Positions 17,967-27,217 are shown, counted from the stretch's first letter. The stretch is 64,000 nt of DNA from an uncultured Microbacterium sp. (GCF_963521645.1 NZ_CAUQVQ010000001.1:32405-96404), one strand, 5' to 3'. Translations and numbers: made by a program. The notes: generated by a model not told the origin, from the sequence alone.

Positions 17967-19165
17967 ACGACATAACTCCCCCGAGGGACAAAGCCCCCAT
18001 GGGCGACCGATCTCCCGCGAACGACGGCACGCGCCGGAACGACGGGTCGACTGACGACACCCGAGGCCGGAGCGCCCAGGACGCCGCACCCGACCTGCCC
18101 GTGCTGCAGGATTCCGCGGTGGCGCGCATCGAAGCGGCCGTGCTCCACGAGATCTCCGCCGAAGGGCGTGGCAGACCGAAGCCCGCACCCCGCGCGCGAG
18201 CGCGCCGTCGGTGGCTGACCGGGGCCGGCATCGCCGCCGCCTTCGTCGTCGGGATCCTCGTCGCTCCTCCCATCGTCAGCGCCGTGAGTGGCGGGGCGAT
18301 GAGCACGGCGGGCAGCGCCGACACGCCCACCGGCATCGCCGTCGAGGATTCACGCGGTGGCGCCGTCGAGCAGAGCGAGCCCGGAGGCCTCGCCGACACC
18401 GCAGAGTCGTCCGCGCTCGCACCCGGCGCCGTCGACAGCGCCGACCGCGAGATCGTCTCGACGGCCGCTGCGACTCTCGAGGTGAAGGACATCGCGGCGG
18501 CAGCCACGTCGATCACCGCCCTCGCGGAGTCGTACGGGGGCTATGTGGAGAGCACCGAGATCGGCATGAGCGCCGTAGACGACGGCGTGTCCGATCCGGC
18601 ACCTGCCGATACGGGCCACGGATGGATCGGCATCCGAGTGCCGTCCGCCGATCTCACGGCCGTGATGGCGGCGCTCGCGGACTCCGGAGACGTGCTCTCC
18701 TCGTCGGTGTCGCGACAGGACGTGACCTCGACGGCTGTCGATCTTCGCGCTCGCGTCGACGCGCTGAAGGCCTCCGTGCAGCGTCTGACCGAGCTCATGT
18801 CCCAGACCGGCACCGTCGCCGAGCTGATCGAAGCCGAGGTCGCACTCACCGACCGCCAGGCGCAGCTGGAGGCCTCCCAACAGCAGCTCGCCGCGCTCGA
18901 CGATCAGGTCGCGATGTCGAGTCTCCAGGTGCAGCTGACCCGTTCTGATCCCCCCGCCGCCGCCCCCGCCGGATTCGCCGACGGCCTCGTCGCGGGGTGG
19001 AACGGGCTGGTGGCGTCGCTCAACGCCCTGATCGTCGCACTCGGATTCCTGCTCCCGTGGATCGCCGTCGGCACCGTGTTCGTGCTCGTGCTCGTGCTGG
19101 TGCGACGCGCACGGCGGGCGCGTCGCGCACGGCGCTCCCCCGGTACATCCGCCGCTGAGAGCTGA
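17963..19165 (+). CDS. DUF4349 domain membrane protein (possible anti-sigma partner)
   Basis: 400 aa from ATG 17963, which overlaps the sigma stop (ATGA). It has a basic N-terminal region, a TM helix, a DUF4349-like body (ATLEVKD...GGYVES...IRVPSADL...VSRQDVTSTAVDLRARVDAL with a coiled coil) and a C-terminal TM followed by an RRARRARRARR tail. Confidence 0.75.
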   Translation: MNDITPPRDKAPMGDRSPANDGTRRNDGSTDDTRGRSAQDAAPDLPVLQDSAVARIEAAVLHEISAEGRGRPKPAPRARARRRWLTGAGIAAAFVVGILVAPPIVSAVSGGAMSTAGSADTPTGIAVEDSRGGAVEQSEPGGLADTAESSALAPGAVDSADREIVSTAAATLEVKDIAAAATSITALAESYGGYVESTEIGMSAVDDGVSDPAPADTGHGWIGIRVPSADLTAVMAALADSGDVLSSSVSRQDVTSTAVDLRARVDALKASVQRLTELMSQTGTVAELIEAEVALTDRQAQLEASQQQLAALDDQVAMSSLQVQLTRSDPPAAAPAGFADGLVAGWNGLVASLNALIVALGFLLPWIAVGTVFVLVLVLVRRARRARRARRSPGTSAAES

Positions 19166-19210
19166 TCGACCGCGTCGACGAGGCTATCCGCCTCACGAGC
19201 CTGGGAAAAC

Positions 19211-19244
19211 ACGAAAGCCCCCCGGACAACCGGAGGGCTTTCGT
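19211..19244. terminator. hairpin terminator between the DUF4349 gene and tRNA-Glu
   Basis: ACGAAAGCCCCCCGG-ACAA-CCGGAGGGCTTTCGT, a 14/15 bp stem. It lies between convergent transcription units. Confidence 0.5.
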
Positions 19245-19251
19245 CGTTGTG

Positions 19252-19324
19252 TGACCCCAGCGGGATTCGAACCCGCGTTACCGCCGTGAGAGGGCGGCGT
19301 ACTAGGCCGCTATACGATGGGGCC
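19252..19324 (-). tRNA. tRNA-Glu (anticodon CUC)
   Basis: The reverse strand reads GGCCCCATCGTATAGCGGCCTAGTACGCCGCCCTCTCACGGCGGTAACGCGGGTTCGAATCCCGCTGGGGTCA. It folds as a cloverleaf with anticodon loop CTCTCAC and a GGTTCGAATCC T-loop. CCA is not encoded. Confidence 0.9.
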
Positions 19325-19475
19325 GTCTTGCAGAACTTCCGTTCCGCGACAACTGTTCAAGTATGCCATGGCGATTCTGCGCGCGCAAAATCGAGCGGCG
19401 CCGCTCCCGAGTCCCGGGCGTGGCGCGCCACGACACGACGATGCCAGACGCGGAGGGCAGGCGTTGACTCGTCTC

Positions 19476-20114
19476 ATGCGCGGCACGACATTCGAACATG
19501 CCGCCCTCCGCATCGAGCAGGGCTCCGACGTCCTCCTCATCGATCCCGGCTCCTTCACCACTCCACCGCAGGATCTCAGCGGTCTGGTCGCCGTCGTACT
19601 GACCCACGAGCACCCCGACCACTGGACTCCGGAGCACCTCGACCGCATCCTGAGCGCGGCACCGGGGACCCCTGTGTACGCGCCGTCGGGAGTCGCCCGC
19701 GCCGCAACCGGCTACGACATCACGGTCGTGGCACCCGGCGATACCGTGGAGGTCGGACGCTTCTCCCTCCGATTCTTCGGCGGCTCTCATGAGGTCATCC
19801 ACTCGTCGATTCCGACCATCGAGAATGTCGGGGTGCTGGTGAACGAGATCCTGTACTACCCGGGTGACTCCTACGCGGTGCCGGAAGGGGTCGAGGTCGA
19901 CATCCTCGCCGCCCCGCTCGGCGCCCCCTGGCTGAAGATCGGCGAAGCCATGGACTACGTACTCGCGGTGCGTCCGCGTCGCGCCTTCGGCACGCACGAC
20001 ATGACGCTCTCGGTGGCGGGCAAGACCATGCATCGTCAGCGTCTGCAGTGGGCGACCGAACAGAACGGCGGCGAGTTCCTCGTGTTGGAGCCCGGCGAGT
20101 CCATCGACGCCTGA
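19476..20114 (+). CDS. MBL-fold metallo-hydrolase
   Basis: 212 aa from ATG 19476 with the THEHPDH (HxHxDH) motif. The upstream part of track ORF 19317..20114 overlaps the tRNA. Confidence 0.8.
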   Translation: MRGTTFEHAALRIEQGSDVLLIDPGSFTTPPQDLSGLVAVVLTHEHPDHWTPEHLDRILSAAPGTPVYAPSGVARAATGYDITVVAPGDTVEVGRFSLRFFGGSHEVIHSSIPTIENVGVLVNEILYYPGDSYAVPEGVEVDILAAPLGAPWLKIGEAMDYVLAVRPRRAFGTHDMTLSVAGKTMHRQRLQWATEQNGGEFLVLEPGESIDA

Positions 20115-20992
20115 TGGCCGACTCACCCGTCGCGGAGATCACTCTCGACGAGTCCGAGGTCCGGGCTCTCCTGCGCACGTCTGCACCGCGCCTCGGCGAG
20201 CTGTCGCTGCGCCTGGTCGCGGCAGGCTGGGACAATGCGGTGTGGCGGATCGGCGAGGACTTCGCGCTCCGGCTTCCCCGTCGCGAAGCCGCGGTGGCGC
20301 TCGTCGAACACGAACAGCGCGCGCTGGCCGACGTCGGTCCCCGACTCGCCGCCGTCGGCGTGCGCGCTCCGGTGCCGGTGCTGACGGGACGCCCCTCGGA
20401 CCGTTTCCCGTGGCCGTGGTCGATCGTCCCGTGGATCGAGGGAGAGCACGCACTCGGCATCGAGCGCGACGAGAACGCCGGATGGGCGCAGACTCTCGCC
20501 GTCGTCCTCGCGGCTCTGCACCGCACGGCACCCGACGACGCCCCGGTCAACCCGGTCCGCGGAGTCCCGTTGAGGGATCGGCACCACATCATGACGGAGA
20601 GGCTCCGCGCGGCCTCCGTGCCTCCCGTCCTCGCGCAGGCATGGCACGACGGGCTCGACGCCGATCCGGCACGCGAGCGTGTGTGGATCCACGGCGACCT
20701 GCATCCGGGCAACATCATCGTCCGCGACGGGGTCCTCTTCGGCCTGATCGACTTCGGGGACGTCACCGCCGGAGACCCCGCGTACGATCTCGCCGCCGCA
20801 TGGTTGCTGTTCGACGGCGCGGGTCATGCGATGTTTCGTCGTGCCACGCGTTCTCGCTACGACGAGGCCACCTGGGTGCGCGCCCGCGCGTGGGCGGCGT
20901 ACCTCGCCGTCGTCTTCCTGACCCAGATGGACGACCGACCGGACTTTCGCGGGCTCGGATCGAGCACCGCTCTCGCGCTCGCTGAACGCTGA
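20114..20992 (+). CDS. aminoglycoside phosphotransferase (APH) / protein-kinase-like family protein
   Basis: 292 aa. ATG 20114 overlaps the preceding TGA. It carries HGDLHPGNIIV (HxDxxxxN) and IDFGD motifs. Substrate unknown. Confidence 0.8.
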   Translation: MADSPVAEITLDESEVRALLRTSAPRLGELSLRLVAAGWDNAVWRIGEDFALRLPRREAAVALVEHEQRALADVGPRLAAVGVRAPVPVLTGRPSDRFPWPWSIVPWIEGEHALGIERDENAGWAQTLAVVLAALHRTAPDDAPVNPVRGVPLRDRHHIMTERLRAASVPPVLAQAWHDGLDADPARERVWIHGDLHPGNIIVRDGVLFGLIDFGDVTAGDPAYDLAAAWLLFDGAGHAMFRRATRSRYDEATWVRARAWAAYLAVVFLTQMDDRPDFRGLGSSTALALAER

Positions 20993-20999
20993 ACGCCGA

Positions 21000-23477
21000 C
21001 TACTGCGCGCCCCGCACCCGCAGGTCGCGAGCGAGGTGGTCCCGCTGCTCGATCACGATGCGTCGCAACGCCGCCGGTGCGGACTCGTTGGCCGCGAGCC
21101 AGGCGTCCACGGCATCGAGCGTGCTCGACGCGGGGAACAGCCCCACCACGAGCCGCTGAGCGATTTCGATGCTCCGCGAGCGCCAGGTCTCGACGATGCG
21201 CGCGAAGTACTCGTCGTCGAACCCGGCGATGAGATCGCGTCGACCGCCCGCGCGGATTCCGGCGATCTCGGCATCCAGGTGGTCGTTGCTGAGTCCGTGG
21301 TCATTCCACGCGGCATCCCATGCGGCCGCGCGCACGTCGATCTCCGGCCTCGATGCGAGCGCCCGTCGAGCCGCCGTGCGGCCGCTTCCGGTGTCATCGC
21401 GCCGCTGTTCCTCGGCGATCTCCGAGGCGCCCGCGTGCCCGGTGGCCACCAGCGACGTCAGCAGCTGCCACCGGAGGTCGGGGTCGACGACCAGGCCCTC
21501 GGGCACGTCGGATGCCAGCAGACCGCGGATCTCCCGATGGCGGCTGTCGTCGAACGCTGCGGCGCTCGCGACCGCGCGTGCCCACGAGAGCTGCGCGTCG
21601 CTTCCGGCATCCGCCTCCTGCAGTGCCGACCAGGCGGCGTCCATCCAGCTCCGCTGTTCGTCGTCACGACGATCATCGGCGACGTAGTGTCGAATCGCGA
21701 AAGCCGCATTGGCGAGAACGCCGACCAACAGCCCGACGTTCGACTCACGTGGCGCGTGAGAGCGCACGATCGAGGTGTACCGGCGGGCGGGCAGCTCGCC
21801 GTCACGGGTGGCGTTCCACAGCGCGGACCAGACGACGGCACGGGCGAGCGGATCCTCGATCGACGACAGAGACTCCTCGACAGTGCCGAGAGATTCCTCA
21901 TCGAGACGCACCTTCGCGTAGGTGAGGTCGTCATCGTTGAGCAGCACCAGATCGGCGTCCGCCAGCTCCACGCGAGTTCGCTCCTCCGCGATGTCGAGGG
22001 CGATCTGCTCCCTGCGCACGACCCGTCCGTCGACGCGCTCGTAGAGTCCGATCCGGAGCCGGTGCGGCCGCGCGACGCTCTGTACCAGCGTCGTGTCGGC
22101 GCCGTCGCGCTCGAGCCACAGCGTCGAGACCCCGGTGGTCTGCAACCACGCCCGCGACCATTCGGTCATGTCGCGTCCCGACACCGTGCTCAGCTCGACG
22201 AGGAAGTCCTCCAGGGTCGTGTTGCCGAAGGCGTTGGCGGCGAAGTAGCGACGAGCACCCTCGAAGAACGCATCGTCGCCGACGAAGGCGACGAGTTGCT
22301 TGAGCACCGCGGCGCCCTTCGCGTAGGTGATGCCGTCGAAGTTCAGCTTCGCCGCTTCGAGATCCATGATGTCCGCGACGATCGGATGCGTCGTGGGCAG
22401 CTGGTCCTGCTGGTACGCCCACGCCTTGCGGCTCGCGGCGAACTTCACCCAGGCGTCGTGGAATCGCGTCGCCACCGCCGAAGCGTGGGCACCCATGTAG
22501 TCGGCGAACGACTCCTTGAGCCAGAGATCGTCCCACCACTTCATGGTCACGAGATCGCCGAACCACATGTGGGCCATCTCGTGCAGGATCGTGTTCGCAC
22601 GGGCTGCACGCTGCGCATCGGTCGCCGCTCCCCGCGGCAGGTAGGCCTCGGTGAATGTGACGAGTCCCGGATTCTCCATGGCTCCGAGGTTGTACTCGGG
22701 GACGAAGATCTGGTCGTACTTGCCCCACGGGTAGGGATACGCGAACGCGTCCGTGAAGAACTCGAGACCCTGACGCGTGATCTCGAGGATCTCATCGGCG
22801 TCGAGGTACTGAGCGAGCGACGTGCGGGCGAAGACACCGAGTGCGATCGTCTGGCCGTCGCGCTCCCACTCTCCGTCGACCCGCGCATACGGACCCGCCG
22901 CGACCGATGTGATGTAGCTCGAGATCGGAAGGGTGGGAGCGAACTCCACCCTCTGCACGCCGACACCGAGGTCGACCTTCGCCGCCGCTTGATTCGACAG
23001 GACCTGCCACCCCGCCGGAGCATCGACGACGAACGTGAAAGGAGCTTTGAGATCAGGCTGCTCGAAGCAGGCCATCACACGGCGCGAATCCGCCGGCTCG
23101 TACTGCGTGTACAGATACGTGAGGTCGTCGGCCGGGTCGTGGAAGCGATGCAACCCCTCGCCTGAGCGGCTGTAGGCACCGATCGCTTCGATGCGCACGG
23201 TGTTGGACTCCCTCAGGCCGCGAACGGAGATGCGTGCGCCGTCGTACTCGACCTCGTGCTCCGCGCCGTTCACGACGACGCGGTCGACTCTTTCGCCGAT
23301 GAAGTCCACCCACGTCGAGGCGGCCGTCGAGTCGAACTCGAGGGTCGTGATCGTCGGGAACCCGGTGCGCGCTCTCTCGGGTGCACCGGTCAGATCCAGT
23401 TCGACGCGGATGCTTCGCACCGAGAGTGCCGCGGATCGCGCTGCGGTCTCCTCGCGTGTGAGGTTGGCGGTGTCCAT
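21000..23477 (-). CDS. pepN: aminopeptidase N (M1 family)
   Basis: 825 aa from ATG 23475-23477 (SD GGAAGGA). It has GAMENPG, HEMAHMWFGD (HEXXH) and WLKESFA motifs. Confidence 0.93.
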   Translation of the reverse strand: MDTANLTREETAARSAALSVRSIRVELDLTGAPERARTGFPTITTLEFDSTAASTWVDFIGERVDRVVVNGAEHEVEYDGARISVRGLRESNTVRIEAIGAYSRSGEGLHRFHDPADDLTYLYTQYEPADSRRVMACFEQPDLKAPFTFVVDAPAGWQVLSNQAAAKVDLGVGVQRVEFAPTLPISSYITSVAAGPYARVDGEWERDGQTIALGVFARTSLAQYLDADEILEITRQGLEFFTDAFAYPYPWGKYDQIFVPEYNLGAMENPGLVTFTEAYLPRGAATDAQRAARANTILHEMAHMWFGDLVTMKWWDDLWLKESFADYMGAHASAVATRFHDAWVKFAASRKAWAYQQDQLPTTHPIVADIMDLEAAKLNFDGITYAKGAAVLKQLVAFVGDDAFFEGARRYFAANAFGNTTLEDFLVELSTVSGRDMTEWSRAWLQTTGVSTLWLERDGADTTLVQSVARPHRLRIGLYERVDGRVVRREQIALDIAEERTRVELADADLVLLNDDDLTYAKVRLDEESLGTVEESLSSIEDPLARAVVWSALWNATRDGELPARRYTSIVRSHAPRESNVGLLVGVLANAAFAIRHYVADDRRDDEQRSWMDAAWSALQEADAGSDAQLSWARAVASAAAFDDSRHREIRGLLASDVPEGLVVDPDLRWQLLTSLVATGHAGASEIAEEQRRDDTGSGRTAARRALASRPEIDVRAAAWDAAWNDHGLSNDHLDAEIAGIRAGGRRDLIAGFDDEYFARIVETWRSRSIEIAQRLVVGLFPASSTLDAVDAWLAANESAPAALRRIVIEQRDHLARDLRVRGAQ

Positions 23478-23603
23478 ACGTCCATCCTTCCACCTGCGGG
23501 TCACCGCACCGTCTCCCGCAGGGTGTCCGTGCTCACGCTCCTCGAGCCGGCCGTTCGGCGGTGTCGCGCCCGGTTCGCCGCTCTCACGCGAGAGAGCCCA
23601 CCC

Positions 23604-24563
23604 TCAACGCCCGAGCAGCTTGCGGATCGCGGTCTCAGGCGACACGGTGAGGTCGAGGGTTCGACCGCGTGCGTACTGCCGGAACACTCGCGGATCGATG
23701 TAGCTCCCGCGCGCCACCGCGAGAGTGTTGCCGAGTGCCGAGGCTGTGGCCTGGACCGCGAGGCGCTCGGCGCGTCGCCGCTCGTTCTTGGTCTCGAGAC
23801 GACCGATGCGCGCGAGTGCGTCCGCAGCGAGGATCGTTCCGTGCAGCGTGCGGAAGTCCTTCGCGGTGAACGCGGCACCCGTGACCTTCTTGAGATAGCC
23901 GTTCACCTCTCCCGAATTCAGACGGACCCGTCGCCGCCCCTTGCGGTAGGCGAGCAGAGGCGCGCGGGGAGAACCGACGGAGAACTCCGTGAGAGCCTCG
24001 GCGAGAGGAGCATCCGTGATCTCGATGGAGGCGAGCTGACGACTCTTCGCCGGAAAGCTCAACGACACCGTGCTGCCGTCGATCCGCACGTCGTGACGAC
24101 GCAGCGTGCTGAGCCCTCGGCTGCCGTTCTTGACGAGGTAGCGCTCGGAGCCGATGCGCAGGGCGGCATCGTCGAGCAGTCTGAAGGCGACGGCGAGAGC
24201 GCGCTCGCGGGTCAGGCCGTCCTGGTTGATCGCGCGAGTGACCTGGGCTCGCGCCGACGGCAGCGCTGCGGCCAGGCGAAGCGCCCTCGCGAACTTCCGC
24301 TGATCCCGCCCGGCACGCCACAGCGGGTGGTACAGGTACTGTCGCCGTCCGGCGTCGTCGGTGCCCACCGCCTGGATGTGCGCGAGCGGGTCGGCGGCGA
24401 TCCACACGTCCTTCCACGCCGGCGGGATGACGAGATCGCGGATCCGCTCCCGGTCCGCCTCGGCCACCGGCTGGTCTGCCGCATCGAGATAGCGGAATCC
24501 CGATCCGGATCGGATGCGACGGATCCCCGGTTCCTCCCCGGGGACCACTCGTGTCAGTGCCAT
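23604..24563 (-). CDS. DNA topoisomerase IB (poxvirus/eukaryote-like type)
   Basis: 319 aa from ATG 24561-24563. It has PPAWKDVWI, the KDFRTLHGT block and the tyrosine motif ARGSYIDPRV seen in bacterial TopIB enzymes. Confidence 0.85.
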   Translation of the reverse strand: MALTRVVPGEEPGIRRIRSGSGFRYLDAADQPVAEADRERIRDLVIPPAWKDVWIAADPLAHIQAVGTDDAGRRQYLYHPLWRAGRDQRKFARALRLAAALPSARAQVTRAINQDGLTRERALAVAFRLLDDAALRIGSERYLVKNGSRGLSTLRRHDVRIDGSTVSLSFPAKSRQLASIEITDAPLAEALTEFSVGSPRAPLLAYRKGRRRVRLNSGEVNGYLKKVTGAAFTAKDFRTLHGTILAADALARIGRLETKNERRRAERLAVQATASALGNTLAVARGSYIDPRVFRQYARGRTLDLTVSPETAIRKLLGR

Positions 24564-24685
24564 CGTCGTCTCTCTCCGGCGCTCCTGCCCACTGGGAAGC
24601 GTCCGTGCACGAGCATGCTGCGCTCGGGCGATTCGGAGAAGGGCATGGCGTGCGAGCGAGCTCACCTGCTATGCGGGCTGCGTGC

Positions 24686-25219
24686 TCAGCCGAGGGCCGG
24701 CTTCGGCTCGCCGCCGGTGGACGCGTACTCCGTCCCGTCGGCGCGACGTTCGACCAGCTGGTAGTCGACCAGGTATCGGCGAAGCACGGCGACATCGTCG
24801 GAATAGGCGTCGAGCCTGCCGTTGACCTCGACCTCGGTGAGGATCTCGCCGTCGGCGAAGACGCGTCGCGCCACCCACGCGAGCAATTCCCCCCGCTCGT
24901 CGGGATTGGCGGGGTACTGCCGGATCCGTGTGCCGTCCAGGAACCGCTCGATTCCCTGCTTCTTGGGCACAGCCGCAGACGCGATGACCGCTCGGAAGAC
25001 GTCGGGAACGAACGCGTGCGTATCCGCGTCGACGAGACCACTGCGCACGACGGCATCGATCACCCGCCGCCGCCGCGACGGCGACATGTCGCCGGTGGCG
25101 GAGTCGAGAGTGCTGCCGAGCATCAGCTCGGCGGCGACTCGCCGCGTCTCCGCATTCGCCAGGATCGCGATCAGCGACCGCCACTCGTTCGAACTCGTCA
25201 TCCCCGGCAACTCCCTCAT
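24686..25219 (-). CDS. DUF2087 domain protein
   Basis: 177 aa from ATG 25217-25219. The C-terminal FLDGTRIRQYPANPDERGELLAWVARRVF...TEVEVNGRL...VAVLRRYLVDYQLVER fits DUF2087. The longer track ORF would overlap tRNA-Gln. Confidence 0.65.
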   Translation of the reverse strand: MRELPGMTSSNEWRSLIAILANAETRRVAAELMLGSTLDSATGDMSPSRRRRVIDAVVRSGLVDADTHAFVPDVFRAVIASAAVPKKQGIERFLDGTRIRQYPANPDERGELLAWVARRVFADGEILTEVEVNGRLDAYSDDVAVLRRYLVDYQLVERRADGTEYASTGGEPKPALG

Positions 25220-25297
25220 CGCGGTCACAGACACCCTCGTCACTGACACTCGCGGCGTCCGTCGAGCCGTTCGACGGCGAACACGCTCCGGACACAA

Positions 25298-25325
25298 GAA
25301 AGCCCGCGGAAATCCGCGGGCTTCT
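25298..25325 (-). terminator. rho-independent terminator after tRNA-Gln
   Basis: The minus strand reads AGAAGCCCGCGG-ATTT-CCGCGGGCTTTCTTGTGT, a GC-rich stem followed by a T-rich tail a few nt after the tRNA 3' end. Confidence 0.6.
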
Positions 25326-25330
25326 ACTTG

Positions 25331-25402
25331 CTGGGGTACCTGGACTCGAACCAAGAATAACGGAACCAGAAACCGTCGTGTTGCCAATTACACCATACCC
25401 CA
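25331..25402 (-). tRNA. tRNA-Gln (anticodon CUG)
   Basis: The reverse strand reads TGGGGTATGGTGTAATTGGCAACACGACGGTTTCTGGTTCCGTTATTCTTGGTTCGAGTCCAGGTACCCCAG. The anticodon loop is TTCTGGT, and the acceptor and T arm resemble known tRNA-Gln. Confidence 0.9.
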
Positions 25403-25509
25403 AGGGCGAAACCGGAGCCTCGCACCGAGAGTCAAGCTTACCGGAGCCTCGGCCGTATCGCCAAAACGCCCCGCGCTCTCCGGGCGCGTCGCCCCGCCGC
25501 TCCGCCGGC

Positions 25510-27015
25510 TCAGTTCGCGAGGAACTCCGACAGTGCGCGAAGTCGACGAAGCGACTCGTCCTTGCCCAGCAGCTCCATGGACTCGAAGAGCGGCGGCGAG
25601 ATGCGACGGCCCGTGATCGCCACACGCGGCGGCCCGTAGGCGACGCGGGGCTTCAGCTCGAGCTTCTCGACGAGGGCGCCGGCAAGAGCCTCCTGGATGT
25701 TCGCCGGCGTGAACTCGGTCACCGGCTCGAGGGCCGCGACGCATGCGTCGAGCACGTCGGCGGCGTTCGCCGGCAGGCCCTTGAGCGCATCGGCGTCGTA
25801 GGAGACCTCGTCGGTGAAGAGGAATCCGACCATCCCCGGCACCTCGCCCAGCAGCTGCACGCGCTCGTGCACGAGCGGCGCGACGCGGAAGGCCATCACC
25901 AGCTGGTCGTGCGTCGGCTCATCGAACAGGCCCGCGGCGGCGAGGTACGGGATCGTCCGCTCCGCGAAGTCCTTCTCCTCCAGCGCACGGATGTGGTCGC
26001 CGTTGATCGACTCGGCCTTCTTCTGGTCGAAACGGGCAGGGTTCGGGTTCACATTCACGATGTCGAACGCCGCGGTGAACTCCTCGAGCGAGAACACGTC
26101 GCGATCGGGACCGATCGACCAGCCGAGGAGGGCCAGGTAGTTCAGCAGGCCCTCATGGATGAAACCGCGATCGCGGTGCAGGAACAGATCGGCCTGCGGG
26201 TCGCGCTTGGAGAGCTTCTTGTTGCCGGTCTCCCCCAGCACGAGCGGCATGTGCGCGAAGCGCGGCACGAAGGTCGTGACCCCCGCTTCGATCAGCGCCG
26301 CGTAGAGAGCGAGCTGACGGGCGGTCGAGGGCATCAGGTCCTCTCCGCGGAGCACGTGCGTGATCCCCATCAGCGCATCGTCGACAGGGTTCACGAAGGT
26401 GTACAGCGGGATGCCGTTGGGGCGCACGACGACGAAGTCGGGGAAGGAGCCGGCGGGGAAGGTCACCTCGCCGCGGATGAGATCGACGTAGGTGAGATCC
26501 TCGTCGGGCACGCGCAGGCGCAGGGCCGGCCGGCGCCCCTCCGCGCGGAATGCCTCGCGCTGCTCATCCGTGAGGTCTCGATCGAAGTTGTCGTATCCGA
26601 GCTGCTTCGCACGCCCCGCGGCCTCGTTGCGCGCATCGATCTCCTCCGCCGTCGAGTAGCTCTCGTACAGAGACCCGGAGGCGATCAGCTTGTCGATCAC
26701 GCCGCGATAGATGTCGTGACGCTCGGACTGCCGATACGGCGCGTGCGGGCCGCCGACCTCGACACCCTCATCCCAGTCGATCTTGAGCCACGTGAGAGCG
26801 TCGACGAGCTGTCGGAAGCTCTCCTCGCTGTCGCGTGCGGCGTCGGTGTCCTCGATGCGGAACACCATCTTCCCGCCCGTGTGACGGGCATAGGCCCAGT
26901 TGAACAGCGCGGTGCGGACCATGCCGACGTGCGGCAGTCCGGTCGGCGAGGGGCAGAAGCGGACGCGGACGTCGGCGCCACTGGCGGTCGTGGTGAGGGG
27001 GTGCGGAGTAGCCAT
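25510..27015 (-). CDS. gltX: glutamate--tRNA ligase
   Basis: 501 aa with [10 protein letters not shown] (HIGH-type) and KLSKR (KMSKS) motifs. SD is GGAGGG. Confidence 0.95.
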   Translation of the reverse strand: MATPHPLTTTASGADVRVRFCPSPTGLPHVGMVRTALFNWAYARHTGGKMVFRIEDTDAARDSEESFRQLVDALTWLKIDWDEGVEVGGPHAPYRQSERHDIYRGVIDKLIASGSLYESYSTAEEIDARNEAAGRAKQLGYDNFDRDLTDEQREAFRAEGRRPALRLRVPDEDLTYVDLIRGEVTFPAGSFPDFVVVRPNGIPLYTFVNPVDDALMGITHVLRGEDLMPSTARQLALYAALIEAGVTTFVPRFAHMPLVLGETGNKKLSKRDPQADLFLHRDRGFIHEGLLNYLALLGWSIGPDRDVFSLEEFTAAFDIVNVNPNPARFDQKKAESINGDHIRALEEKDFAERTIPYLAAAGLFDEPTHDQLVMAFRVAPLVHERVQLLGEVPGMVGFLFTDEVSYDADALKGLPANAADVLDACVAALEPVTEFTPANIQEALAGALVEKLELKPRVAYGPPRVAITGRRISPPLFESMELLGKDESLRRLRALSEFLAN

Positions 27016-27217
27016 ATCCCTCCGATTCTAGTTGTCGCCGCGCTCGCGCCCCATCGTCGGCGTCGGCGTCGTCATCGGCGTCGCTCCGTGTCGGGATCCC
27101 GTCACAGCGGGTCATGGACGCTCACCTCGGGTAACAACCGCCTGCTCCGCACCGGCTGGCTCATATCGTGGCGGCAATCCTCACATCGGCGGGCCCACAC
27201 CAGCGGAAGGCACGAAC

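Noticed and set aside
21036-23165. 709-aa plus-strand ORF.
   Set aside because: It is entirely antisense to pepN, which has unambiguous M1 peptidase motifs. Its composition is low in complexity and R/G/D/V-rich.
27054-27086. About five and a half imperfect CGTCGG hexamer repeats in the gltX / SfnB-like intergenic region.
   Set aside because: The repeat is short, imperfect and made of the commonest GC-rich triplets in this genome. It has no spacer/repeat architecture, so it is not CRISPR-like or a recognisable binding-site array.
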